Positions 8,655 through 17,542 of a stretch of 64,000 bases of DNA are shown here, in pieces. A model generated the notes under the pieces. That model did no database searches, had not been told where the DNA came from, and worked only from the letters and a program-made list of their open reading frames with translations. Made by a program: the position numbers and the translations under genes. Position 1 is the stretch's first letter. Each line of letters starts with the position of its first letter. The stretch is from a virus: positions 2,803 through 66,802 of IMG/VR virus record IMGVR_UViG_3300045922_000151. One strand, written 5' to 3'.

Positions 8655-9068
8655 TTATTTAGCTCGTGAATTCTTCTTTGTAAGAATTGCCACAAGCTCC
8701 ATTATGGCTTTATTCGTTGCGACCACTAAATCGTGTGTGTCGTTACGATGTCGGATTGCTTCCATCACGTCTCGTTGGAAACGGAGCGTACCTTCATCTC
8801 TGCCTTGAAGCACGGACGCAAGTGTCTCGTTTGTTCTCTGTAACTCGTTTACTTTATTTATCAAAAGTTCTTGTTCATTTTCAAGAAGTGCAACCTTCTT
8901 TTCAAGCTCTGCAACTGTTCCTTGTAATATCTTGATGAGACGTTCATCTGCTCTGTCAACACCAGTTTTGTATGTACGAAACGTCAACAATGCGGAGAGA
9001 AAGATAGCGAGAACTACCCCAACCCAGCCCAGCAACGTATTCGGTAATGAAGTGATAAATGTTTCCAT
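8655..9068 (-). CDS. Membrane-anchored coiled-coil protein (holin/spanin-like)
   Basis: One TM helix then coiled coil; immediately upstream of lysin. Confidence 0.5.
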   Translation of the reverse strand: METFITSLPNTLLGWVGVVLAIFLSALLTFRTYKTGVDRADERLIKILQGTVAELEKKVALLENEQELLINKVNELQRTNETLASVLQGRDEGTLRFQRDVMEAIRHRNDTHDLVVATNKAIMELVAILTKKNSRAK

Positions 9069-9077
9069 AGGTTTTCT

Positions 9078-10262
9078 TTATCGGTAAAAGTAATTAGTGC
9101 CTGATATTGAGCGGTTTGAACCATTGCTCATGTCATTACTCATAGACGAGTTCGCAATATAATTTGCGTACCAAAAATCCGCATAATCGGAGCTATATTG
9201 CTCACCAGTTGAGGTATGACCTACTTTATAGTACCTGCCTTGCGACGATGTTCCAGCAGTACCAGAAAGAGAAGCACTTGCTGAGCAAAATCTAGCCCCA
9301 CTAAAAAATACAGTATGACCAGAGGCACCGTAAGGACTAGCACTGTCTTGTGTGAGACTAGCACTACCAATATATTCGTCAGAATACCGCTCAATGAGAA
9401 TACTTGTTTCGGAGATAGAACGCCCGACACCTGTTTCGTATGTACCAACTGTTTCACTGATTGTGCCGACAGTATCGGACACAAAGTATTTTTTTGTAGG
9501 CGAAAGACCTGTAAAGCCAGTTACTAGACCGCTCGTCTGTACACTTACATTGTTGCCTGCTGAAGCCGCGTCGGATATTGCAAAACCATCAAACCAGTGC
9601 AATCCCACCAAGTCAGCGTCAGACCTCCACGCAGTATACGAAGAACCGCTTGCAGGTGTCATATCAAAGTACATCAAGTCTCCAGCAGTCCACGATGAGC
9701 CATCGTATTTTTTACCTACAAAACTAGCGTAGTCGTTTGTAATGCTTAGTACTTTGACGTAGTTTGAACTATTCACTGCGTCAGAACGCTTCAAGACAAC
9801 CCAGTAAGTAGTACCTGCTGAAAGCGAGAAAGCAGAAGCGAATGTGAACGTGGTCTCTGCATAACTCGTAGTGAGACCAGACATCGCAACAGTGTTTGAC
9901 GTTCCGTTTGTAATTGGTGTTCCAGACGGAGAGCCAGCACTGTTTGTCTGAACTTCAATAGTAAGGTTTCCAGTAGGAGAACCGACCTTCGAAAGTATCA
10001 TTTTTATAGTGGAGGACGTTACATTTCCGCGAGGAATAATTCTTACTGCTCGTCGTGTGTTGCCAGTAACATCACCGTGATTTGACTCTGCGCGGTATTC
10101 GCGCTGGAAAATATCACTCAATATGCAAACTGGTTGCGGTACTGGTGTTCCATCAAGTGTCTCGCCAGCAAGCACTTGTATTTTATGACCCTCAAAGTTT
10201 CCATTGAGGTCTGCGGCGAGAACCTCATCTCCTGTAGCCCAAATTTTTAGTGCGGTACTCAT
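9078..10262 (-). CDS. Tail fibre / receptor-binding protein
   Basis: WATGDEVLAADLNGNF N-terminus; S/T/G-rich beta domains; last tail gene. Confidence 0.7.
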   Translation of the reverse strand: MSTALKIWATGDEVLAADLNGNFEGHKIQVLAGETLDGTPVPQPVCILSDIFQREYRAESNHGDVTGNTRRAVRIIPRGNVTSSTIKMILSKVGSPTGNLTIEVQTNSAGSPSGTPITNGTSNTVAMSGLTTSYAETTFTFASAFSLSAGTTYWVVLKRSDAVNSSNYVKVLSITNDYASFVGKKYDGSSWTAGDLMYFDMTPASGSSYTAWRSDADLVGLHWFDGFAISDAASAGNNVSVQTSGLVTGFTGLSPTKKYFVSDTVGTISETVGTYETGVGRSISETSILIERYSDEYIGSASLTQDSASPYGASGHTVFFSGARFCSASASLSGTAGTSSQGRYYKVGHTSTGEQYSSDYADFWYANYIANSSMSNDMSNGSNRSISGTNYFYR

Positions 10263-10268
10263 ATATTT

Positions 10269-10805
10269 TTATGCGCTTAGAAGATTCAACGTCCAGTCGA
10301 TCGTGAGCTTCTGCGTGTTCGACTTCGTGACGTTGATTGCGACGTGCGATACCAAAATGCCGGTATTGGCCGATCCGGTCCCGTTGCTGAATATACCCGC
10401 CTCAAGGAACGTCCCAGTCACTTCCGTCTGATTGAAGAACGCTGTTGCATATGCGACGTTGTTTACGTTCGTTCTCGACGCAATGGCGTTTCTGTAGACC
10501 TCGTTTCCGAGTGTCGTATCTCCCTCGGCCGGAGTCGTCCCGTCATCGCCAAGAGCGGCGTGGGTTATAAGCATGTTGTTGTCCGGTGTCGGGTCCGTGA
10601 GGTTGTTCGCGATCATCGTTCGTCCCACTCTGCAGATGACGTTGTGATGGAACGATACTTGCTTTTCTCCCGTGATCACATCGAGTAGTTCCACGCGGTA
10701 GGTTCCGAGGAATCCCATGCCTTGACCTATCCGTTCTTTTATGTCTTGCGTGAATTTCGCAAGCTCTTTGATTCGTGTTTGTTTGTAGGTTCTTCGAGAT
10801 TTCAT
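10269..10805 (-). CDS. Tail-collar/baseplate-associated protein
   Basis: HNVICRVGR...ALGDDGTTPAEGDTTLGNEVYR...EAGIF motif of tail-collar-like proteins. Confidence 0.6.
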   Translation of the reverse strand: MKSRRTYKQTRIKELAKFTQDIKERIGQGMGFLGTYRVELLDVITGEKQVSFHHNVICRVGRTMIANNLTDPTPDNNMLITHAALGDDGTTPAEGDTTLGNEVYRNAIASRTNVNNVAYATAFFNQTEVTGTFLEAGIFSNGTGSANTGILVSHVAINVTKSNTQKLTIDWTLNLLSA

Positions 10806-10828
10806 GTTGATTTTATTATAGCACGTTC

Positions 10829-12331
10829 TTACCCGAGGCGAGAACCGTTGAGTATGAACACCCGCTTATAATCTCCGGAGTCTGACGGGTCCGGTACGTA
10901 CGGCCCTGCAACGAACTGCACCGGGAAGTCTATCGCTTGCGGATAGAGTGCCTCCTCGACTTCGAGCGTTTCCGCTTTCTGTACGTCGTCCGTATTGATC
11001 GCGATCTCATCTCCGAACGTGAATGTTTCTATCGGAAATACTGTCTTTTCCAGTACCACGTCGCCCTTGTCCTCGATCAGACGCTCTCCGCTTTTTAAGA
11101 GTCCAATCAGGAACTCTATAATGCCCACCGTTCGGAGCGTCGCGAGCTTCACTTTCCAGAGACCTTGGTCTTTGGATATCATCTTGAACGATGTCTGTTG
11201 CACGAGAAAGAGCTCGTCTATGTCCATAATGTCCGAGGTCACCCGGATCACTTGCCCCGATCGGAGTCCCGGAGTGTAGGTATCAAATGACCCCTCGACG
11301 AGCCCGTCTTTGTATGCCTGGATTTCAGTCTTTGCCAGTGAGACCGCCTCCTCTCTGGACTTTATGGTCTTGTCTGTTTTGGCGAATTCAAACACCCCGT
11401 ATTGAGCGATGCTCACCGGTTCCTCTACCTGCACCATAAGCGTATAGAGAGGCAGTCCGGTCACCTCGATGTTGTTCGTTCCCGATCCCGGAATGGTTGT
11501 GTCTTTGAATCTGATGTACTGCTGATTGAAGTCCCAGAAGCAATCGTAGTCATCCTCGTTTGAAAGGAAGTCTACACCGACTGTCTTGCTTACGCCTGAG
11601 ACCGATACTGTCGGCAGTGACGAGAACTTGTTCGAGAGTTTGAATTGCTTTTTTACTCCGTTACCATCAAACACTTCTGTTCGTTCCTCTCCCTCAATTT
11701 CCGCGCCTTTTATAAAAACCCTGTTTCGTATTTGTGAGAAGTCTTTTGATACTTCGAGCGAATCCGGGATGTAGTTGCCGTTGTTGTCGGTCACATTGAA
11801 CGGAGCCGGTTCGCTGTTCTTTTCGAAGAAGTGAATGTCTTTGTCGTAGCCCACGTACCATGCGAAGCCGGTCAGGTCGGAGAGCTTCTGGATTGCGCTT
11901 GAGACCGTGATCCTATCAAAGACCACTTTCGTCACGGGCAGTGTGCAGACCACGTTTGCGTATGTAAATGTCGGAGCGTAGGTGTCGATGATGTCGGCGA
12001 TGATGTCCTCTACCGTCATCTCCTCGTATCCCTCGTTCACGAGCTCGCGATCCAGATCGTAGGAGTAGTCTTTGCACTTCACCTGATATCTCACTATCCC
12101 CTGTTCGTCTTGGCTTTTGGCCACAGAATAAATGCGACCTGCGAAGACAATCTCCGAGTCGTCCATCATCACCACCTCCGAGTTTGTTTCCGGTCGGTAC
12201 GTCTGACCCTCATGCACGAGGATGGAGAACGAAAGGGTATCCACGAGCTGATTGATCGCGTCGATTTTTGAGACCGAACCGAACTCGATGATGGATGATC
12301 GGTCTACGTTGTCGATCTTTATGCTGATCAT
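10829..12331 (-). CDS. Baseplate hub / tail tip protein
   Basis: Directly after tape measure; VFAGRI, WYVGYDKDIHF, IRNRVFIKG and GLRSGQVI motifs. Confidence 0.7.
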   Translation of the reverse strand: MISIKIDNVDRSSIIEFGSVSKIDAINQLVDTLSFSILVHEGQTYRPETNSEVVMMDDSEIVFAGRIYSVAKSQDEQGIVRYQVKCKDYSYDLDRELVNEGYEEMTVEDIIADIIDTYAPTFTYANVVCTLPVTKVVFDRITVSSAIQKLSDLTGFAWYVGYDKDIHFFEKNSEPAPFNVTDNNGNYIPDSLEVSKDFSQIRNRVFIKGAEIEGEERTEVFDGNGVKKQFKLSNKFSSLPTVSVSGVSKTVGVDFLSNEDDYDCFWDFNQQYIRFKDTTIPGSGTNNIEVTGLPLYTLMVQVEEPVSIAQYGVFEFAKTDKTIKSREEAVSLAKTEIQAYKDGLVEGSFDTYTPGLRSGQVIRVTSDIMDIDELFLVQQTSFKMISKDQGLWKVKLATLRTVGIIEFLIGLLKSGERLIEDKGDVVLEKTVFPIETFTFGDEIAINTDDVQKAETLEVEEALYPQAIDFPVQFVAGPYVPDPSDSGDYKRVFILNGSRLG

Positions 12332-14043
12332 AGTTTCACGTTTGCCCGGATGGCTTGCATGATGCTCTGACCGATGCGATCAGCAATTCCCTCCTCACCG
12401 ACGAATGAGTTTCCGGTTATGTTTATCGTTATCCCTCCCACGCCTGCGCCTGCGATGCGTCCGAATGTATTCGGCACGAACATCTCCGGTCCGCGCTCTC
12501 CCACGAGATACGGAAGCCCGGATGACACCGGCCCACCGCTTGCCCGGGCCCCGAGGATGCTTGCACCCTTTGCCACCACGGCACCGAATGCGTTCGATAC
12601 TGCCCCGCCTACGGCTGAGAGCTTGCTCATGAGCTTGTCGATGAGATCGAATATCGGCTGAATGGCCGAGCTGATCCAGTCGAAGACCTTTTTGATTTCG
12701 TCTTTTGCCCAGTTGAATACCGCCACGATCGCTCCCCAGATCGTCTGGAAGTATCCTTTCATGCTTTCAAATACGATCTTAATGCCTCCCCAGACCGCTA
12801 TAAAATATCTCTTTATACCATCCCAGATTTGAGACCAGAATGCGGCGATCTGTTGAAGCCCCTCCTGCCAGTTCGGCCATATCAAATCCATCATCATGGC
12901 GAAGAGTCCTACGATGAAGTAAATGTATGTTTGGAACGCCGTAATGATGCCGTCCCATATACTCTTGAAAAAATTAGCGATTGCGAGCATGGCATTCGAG
13001 ATCGTGTCCACGATGCCGTTCCATATTGAAACTGCGAACCCTTTCACCTCGTCCCAGTGCTTATAGAGCAGGACTCCTGCGGCTATAAGAGCGTCGATGG
13101 CGAGTACCACCAGTCCGAATGGTCCGAGCATGAGTTGAAAGCCCGTAATGACCGCCGGGAGCACCAGTCCTATGGTCCCGAGTACCGCCACCAGTCCTGC
13201 GATCGCGGCCGACACCATAATGATTTTACCGAGCAATTCTGGATTTTTTTCTGCCCATTCTGTCATCTTTTCAATAACAGGGGTGATTTTTTCTAGTAAC
13301 TTTGTGATGGCTGGAGCAAGAGAAGCACCTATCTGTTCTTTTAGGTTGTTGAATCTCTCTGTAAGAATTCTGGTCTGACCCTCCAAACTTTTAGCCGCTT
13401 TTTCTGCACTTCCTTGAACCCTTTTGTTAACCATGTCAAGCGCATCTAACGCTGTTGTGCCCTCCTCTACTTGTATTCCAAACTCTTTTAGTACCCTAGT
13501 CTGTCCTGCATAAACCTTTGTTAGAGCGTCTGCACTTTCTTCGAGTGTCCTACCTGAGAAAGCTGACAAGTCCATTGCCAATTTTAGGTCTTTCTGTGAC
13601 TGTGTTACGTCTCCAGTGACTTGAAAAAGTTTAGCAAACGAGAGTCGTGCGGTGTCATCATCGTATCCTAATTTAATCGCCGCTTCTCCCGCTGATTTCA
13701 TTTCTGCTTGTAAGAATTTTAATGCGTCACTGGCATTATCCATTCCTCCAGTGAAGTCCATCAACTGCTTTTTCGTCATTCCATTGATAGCATTTTCAAG
13801 TGCAGTGTTCGCTATGATTGCCTGTTTTTCACTGTCTGCAAACTCCTTGAGAGCTGATACACCTATTGCACTTATTGTTGCAAAGGCGGCAGTTCCGGCT
13901 ACTGCCATTGCCTTGAATGCTGGTTTCCATGATTCGAGATTCTTCTTGAACTTGTCTAGGTCTTTTGAGACATCAGAAAGAGCCGCGCCTGATTTGTTCT
14001 GGGCGTCGATAATGATTTGTAGTCTTTGTTCAAGAGTCGCCAT
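12328..14043 (-). CDS. Tape measure protein
   Basis: Helical A/L-rich, W/F-spaced repeats, C-terminal RASGGPV...YLVGERGPEMFVP. Confidence 0.9.
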   Translation of the reverse strand: MATLEQRLQIIIDAQNKSGAALSDVSKDLDKFKKNLESWKPAFKAMAVAGTAAFATISAIGVSALKEFADSEKQAIIANTALENAINGMTKKQLMDFTGGMDNASDALKFLQAEMKSAGEAAIKLGYDDDTARLSFAKLFQVTGDVTQSQKDLKLAMDLSAFSGRTLEESADALTKVYAGQTRVLKEFGIQVEEGTTALDALDMVNKRVQGSAEKAAKSLEGQTRILTERFNNLKEQIGASLAPAITKLLEKITPVIEKMTEWAEKNPELLGKIIMVSAAIAGLVAVLGTIGLVLPAVITGFQLMLGPFGLVVLAIDALIAAGVLLYKHWDEVKGFAVSIWNGIVDTISNAMLAIANFFKSIWDGIITAFQTYIYFIVGLFAMMMDLIWPNWQEGLQQIAAFWSQIWDGIKRYFIAVWGGIKIVFESMKGYFQTIWGAIVAVFNWAKDEIKKVFDWISSAIQPIFDLIDKLMSKLSAVGGAVSNAFGAVVAKGASILGARASGGPVSSGLPYLVGERGPEMFVPNTFGRIAGAGVGGITINITGNSFVGEEGIADRIGQSIMQAIRANVKL

Positions 14044-14046
14044 AGT

Positions 14047-14207
14047 TTATTTTTTGAGCCCACTCAAGAGCTCTTGATTCTGCTCTTTCTCTTTGAGGTG
14101 TTTGACGAGCTCTAGGATGAACCATTCCGGCTGATCCAGGTACTCGTCGTACGTCCAGTTCATCCAGAAGCAGAGTGCGACTATGACGTCAGAGTTTCTT
14201 TTTTTTT
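14047..14207 (-). CDS. -1 frameshift extension of tail chaperone (gpT-like)
   Basis: Slippery GGT AAA AAA AAA G; -1 frame reads RNSDVIVALCFWMNWTYDEYLDQPEWFILELVKHLKEKEQ...LKK* and ends 3 nt before the TMP start. Confidence 0.8.
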
Positions 14208-14531
14208 ACCTATCGCTTCTATAGCGTCCTTGATGAACTCATAGTCACTCTCATGCATGTCGAGGACTGCTTCGAGGACTTTCTCCTTGTTGCCGTCGAT
14301 CGACACCACGAATTTTTCTATCTCCCGATGCCCGGATTCCGTAATGAACCCCTGCACATCGAACTTACCGAACTCCACGTCCGGCTTGCCCGCGATAACT
14401 CGAGGCTTTGTCTGGACGGCGTTGTACATCGGTTCGTTGATGTACTCGCGATCCCTGCCGGTGATCCATTCCTTGATCTCGACTTTGTGCTTGCCTACCG
14501 GCGTTTCTATGATTTTTGTTGGTATTTGCAT
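14181..14531 (-). CDS. Tail assembly chaperone (gpG-like)
   Basis: Between tail tube and tape measure; ends GKKKETLTS over an A9G run. Confidence 0.8.
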   Translation of the reverse strand: MQIPTKIIETPVGKHKVEIKEWITGRDREYINEPMYNAVQTKPRVIAGKPDVEFGKFDVQGFITESGHREIEKFVVSIDGNKEKVLEAVLDMHESDYEFIKDAIEAIGKKKETLTS

Positions 14532-14542
14532 GGTGTTATTTT

Positions 14543-15547
14543 TTAGCTTTCAGATTCGTATGCGGGGATTTCGTTCGTCACTACGACGCGGATTCCGTAT
14601 CCCGCTGACTCATCGTAATGAGCCATGTAATCGATGCCCTGAGCAACGATATCGTCGATAGGTCGGTCCGGAGTGAAGTTTGTGTAGCTGATCTTCGGAA
14701 GTGTGATGACAATCTTCGGATTGTCTCCGGCCGGTGATTCACTCCCGATCTCTATGTCCGTTCTTTGGAGAGTGATCTGCAACGCCTTATAGGTGTTGTT
14801 GACGTAGATGTCGTGATGTGTTTCTCCGTCGTAGTCTATCTTCATCGATCCGCTGACCTCATGGAGAATGCCGAGTACGTCGCCTGGATTCAACTCAGAG
14901 ATGTTCTGATTGACTCGTCCGTTGTTGTTGATGTTCAGGTTGAACTCCTTGAGTTTGAGAGGAGATGCGGCACCGAGTCCTGCAACGTTATCCGCGATCT
15001 TAATCGTGACATCGTAGTGTCGGAAGAAGTAATCCGAGCTTGGGAATGACGGTGTGTAGTCCGCGTGAACCGCTTCGTCCACTCCAACGAATGTGACCTT
15101 GGCATTCACCAGATCATCTACCGGAGTTTTGAGCTCGAACGATGTGACGAGCACTTTCTTGTACTCGTAGTCCTGCTGACCGAGCTGTGAGAGCGCAAGT
15201 GTCAATGTCGGATACTGAGGATTGCCCGTGAGGATGTCGAACGTGTGAGTGTATGCATCGCCTGACGGTGCGCTTGTAACTTTACCGAGGAGCGAGAGGA
15301 GGAAGTATCCTATCGATCCGTTTCTGACGTTGAATTCAAGGTCGCCCTCTGATCGCTTTTGAATGATCACCGAGCCCTGCGAACTCATGCCCGATCCTTT
15401 TGTCTCCCGGATCTGGGTCTTTTCCACCTGTACTTTGACGCCGGTTGGTGTGCGTCCTGGAATCCAGATCGTCGGACTCACGGCTGTTCCGCGAGGTTCC
15501 TCCACTCCTACTCCCAGATTTATATCTTCGCCTTTTAGGTATGACAT
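14543..15547 (-). CDS. Major tail tube protein
   Basis: Position and beta-rich sequence ending GIRVVVTNEIPAY. Confidence 0.8.
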   Translation of the reverse strand: MSYLKGEDINLGVGVEEPRGTAVSPTIWIPGRTPTGVKVQVEKTQIRETKGSGMSSQGSVIIQKRSEGDLEFNVRNGSIGYFLLSLLGKVTSAPSGDAYTHTFDILTGNPQYPTLTLALSQLGQQDYEYKKVLVTSFELKTPVDDLVNAKVTFVGVDEAVHADYTPSFPSSDYFFRHYDVTIKIADNVAGLGAASPLKLKEFNLNINNNGRVNQNISELNPGDVLGILHEVSGSMKIDYDGETHHDIYVNNTYKALQITLQRTDIEIGSESPAGDNPKIVITLPKISYTNFTPDRPIDDIVAQGIDYMAHYDESAGYGIRVVVTNEIPAYESES

Positions 15548-15552
15548 AATGG

Positions 15553-15705
15553 TTATTGTTTATTGCTTATAATTCTCTCCGCTTCCTCCTGCGAGAACGC
15601 CTCGACAGAACGTCCGTATTGCGGGAAGAAGTATCGCGTTTTTTTATTGCGCTTGTTGCGCTCATCGCGCGTTTGGATCATCTTGTTTCGAGGTGTTCGC
15701 TTCAT
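15553..15705 (-). CDS. Small basic protein (50 aa, not in ORF track)
   Basis: MKRTPRNKMIQ...RYFFPQYGRSVEAFSQEEAERII; TGCTACAAT 6 nt upstream of ATG; fills the gap exactly. Confidence 0.65.
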   Translation of the reverse strand: MKRTPRNKMIQTRDERNKRNKKTRYFFPQYGRSVEAFSQEEAERIISNKQ

Positions 15706-15723
15706 GTCTTTATTGTAGCACAA

Positions 15724-16161
15724 CTAAACCGTGTCAACATAGGTCGCACATGTGAGCAAGACCTGTGCGGTCCGGTATGTGGCTTCGCCCACCGTGGTTT
15801 CTCCCCATGGCGTGAGCCCGACCTTTGCCAGATCGCACTTCGTGAGGGGTTTCTTAACGCAGAATACCCTCATGAGTTCGCTGACAGCTTCTCCCATGGC
15901 CTTCTCGGCTTTCTCCTGTTCGGCTTCTTTCGTCGCCGGATAGTAGACGTTGAGGCTGAAAATAAGGGAGATTTTACGGGAGTCCTGGCTTCCGGTCGAT
16001 GCGAATGCCACGTCATTTTCCGAGAGCATGACGATCACGGCCGGAAAGCCGTCTATCGTTGTTTTCGGGAATGCCGAGATGTGCTGAAAAAGCGTTGAAC
16101 TGCCTTGTATTTTGGCGGCTATCTCCTCGCGTATATCGTTGATGAAGTCTTTTGTGATCAT
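15724..16161 (-). CDS. Tail terminator/completion protein
   Basis: Position before tail tube; GFPAVIV motif. Confidence 0.6.
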   Translation of the reverse strand: MITKDFINDIREEIAAKIQGSSTLFQHISAFPKTTIDGFPAVIVMLSENDVAFASTGSQDSRKISLIFSLNVYYPATKEAEQEKAEKAMGEAVSELMRVFCVKKPLTKCDLAKVGLTPWGETTVGEATYRTAQVLLTCATYVDTV

Positions 16162-16162
16162 G

Positions 16163-16615
16163 TTATGTGAGTGCGTTTTGCACAGCTTTTATGAAAAATC
16201 GATCGATGTCCGCTCTCGACTGGTCGACTCCGCGAGAGAAGAACGGATTGGCTTTGGTCCCGGGATGATTTACCAGTCTCCCGAATATCTCTCCGGTCCT
16301 GCGGTTCGCGAGCACCATCTTGCGTACCGGTCTGATCTGGTGAGGCCTTGTCCCTCCCTCCACGTAGATGCCGTACTCTGCGCCCACCTCCACCGTGCCG
16401 GATGCCACCCCTAGCATGGAGCTTCGAACACTCTGCCTCAGGTTTCCGCCTCCGGGTTTTTTGTTCACTGGTGCTTCTCGTTTGACGTTACGCTCTATCG
16501 TGAGGATGCTTCTTTGAATTGCCTTGTGGATTTCGTCAGTCATCTTGAGCGGAGCGGCCCGGAAGACCGTCTGCACCGCGTCGATATTCTTTATCTCGAT
16601 TCTGATCGGTTCCAT
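16163..16615 (-). CDS. HK97 gp10-like tail completion protein
   Basis: APV..GNLRQSV, AEYGIYVEGGT, HPGTKANPFF. Confidence 0.85.
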   Translation of the reverse strand: MEPIRIEIKNIDAVQTVFRAAPLKMTDEIHKAIQRSILTIERNVKREAPVNKKPGGGNLRQSVRSSMLGVASGTVEVGAEYGIYVEGGTRPHQIRPVRKMVLANRRTGEIFGRLVNHPGTKANPFFSRGVDQSRADIDRFFIKAVQNALT

Positions 16616-16617
16616 AG

Positions 16618-16944
16618 TTATTCGAAGATGCGAATGATGACCTCCATGTGACTCTGCCCTTGGAAGTCGAAGCTCTCGGATGCCACGACTCGGTACTCTC
16701 TCCCATCTCCCGACTCATCCACATCCCGGATGATTCTGTCACCCTCTTTGAGATCGACCACGGGACAGAACATCAGGAAGCTCTTGCCGAACCCGCCCGG
16801 AATGTCCTGCGTCGTGTCCGCCTCGAGCGGTTGAATGGCACACCGAAGCGATGCGATGTGGATCGCGAATGCTTTTTTGTTGGTGCCAGGCACGTCTACG
16901 AGCCGATGCACCTGCACTGTTTCTGTAAATTGTGATTCAATCAT
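16618..16944 (-). CDS. Head-closure (stopper) protein
   Basis: Position, size and DLKEGDRII motif. Confidence 0.65.
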   Translation of the reverse strand: MIESQFTETVQVHRLVDVPGTNKKAFAIHIASLRCAIQPLEADTTQDIPGGFGKSFLMFCPVVDLKEGDRIIRDVDESGDGREYRVVASESFDFQGQSHMEVIIRIFE

Positions 16945-17525
16945 ACGGTGTATCGTTTGTTGTTCTTCAGGATTTCCTGAACCTTTTCGAAGTCACTGAT
17001 CTCTTTTTGGTTCTTGTACGTCACTGAGTATCGACCTATGGTGATGGATTGCACTTCGCCCTCGCTCTGCCATGCGAAGTTTATAATCCCCGCCACGAGC
17101 ACTGTCGCGGCGAACTCGATGTCTGCCGGGACAGCGTCGAGTCCGAATCTCCCTCCCACTACGATATTCTGGAGTCCTCGAGGGAATCGCAGGTTGCGAA
17201 GCACTATCTTGTCCTTGACTGTTTTGTTTGCCGGATAGAGAACATACTTCTCCGCGTCGAGTGCGTTGTCAGTTGGTGATAGCTTGACTGACGTGACCTC
17301 TACTGCCGGATCGATGCGGAGCGTGTTTGACCCGTCCCCGTCATAGACCCTTTCCTCCTCGCTACCGGATTCATCCTCCGCTATGGCGAAGTCACGGTCC
17401 GTTTGGTTGTCGATGTATTTCTCGACTGCACCGATCCACTTATCTATCTGACTGTCAAATGATGGATCAATGTCAATGAGTAAGTAATTCTCTATTGCAA
17501 TTTTTGATGTGTATCCTTTGATCAT
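16941..17525 (-). CDS. Head-tail adaptor (gp6/gp15-like)
   Basis: YTSKIAIENYL, FPRGLQNIVV, VPADIEFAAT, SITIGRYSVTY. Confidence 0.75.
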   Translation of the reverse strand: MIKGYTSKIAIENYLLIDIDPSFDSQIDKWIGAVEKYIDNQTDRDFAIAEDESGSEEERVYDGDGSNTLRIDPAVEVTSVKLSPTDNALDAEKYVLYPANKTVKDKIVLRNLRFPRGLQNIVVGGRFGLDAVPADIEFAATVLVAGIINFAWQSEGEVQSITIGRYSVTYKNQKEISDFEKVQEILKNNKRYTV

Positions 17526-17542
17526 GTTGTTTTAATTATACA

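Noticed and set aside
9078-10262. Diversity-generating retroelement target in the tail fibre
   Set aside because: No reverse transcriptase, and no template/variable repeat pair noticed
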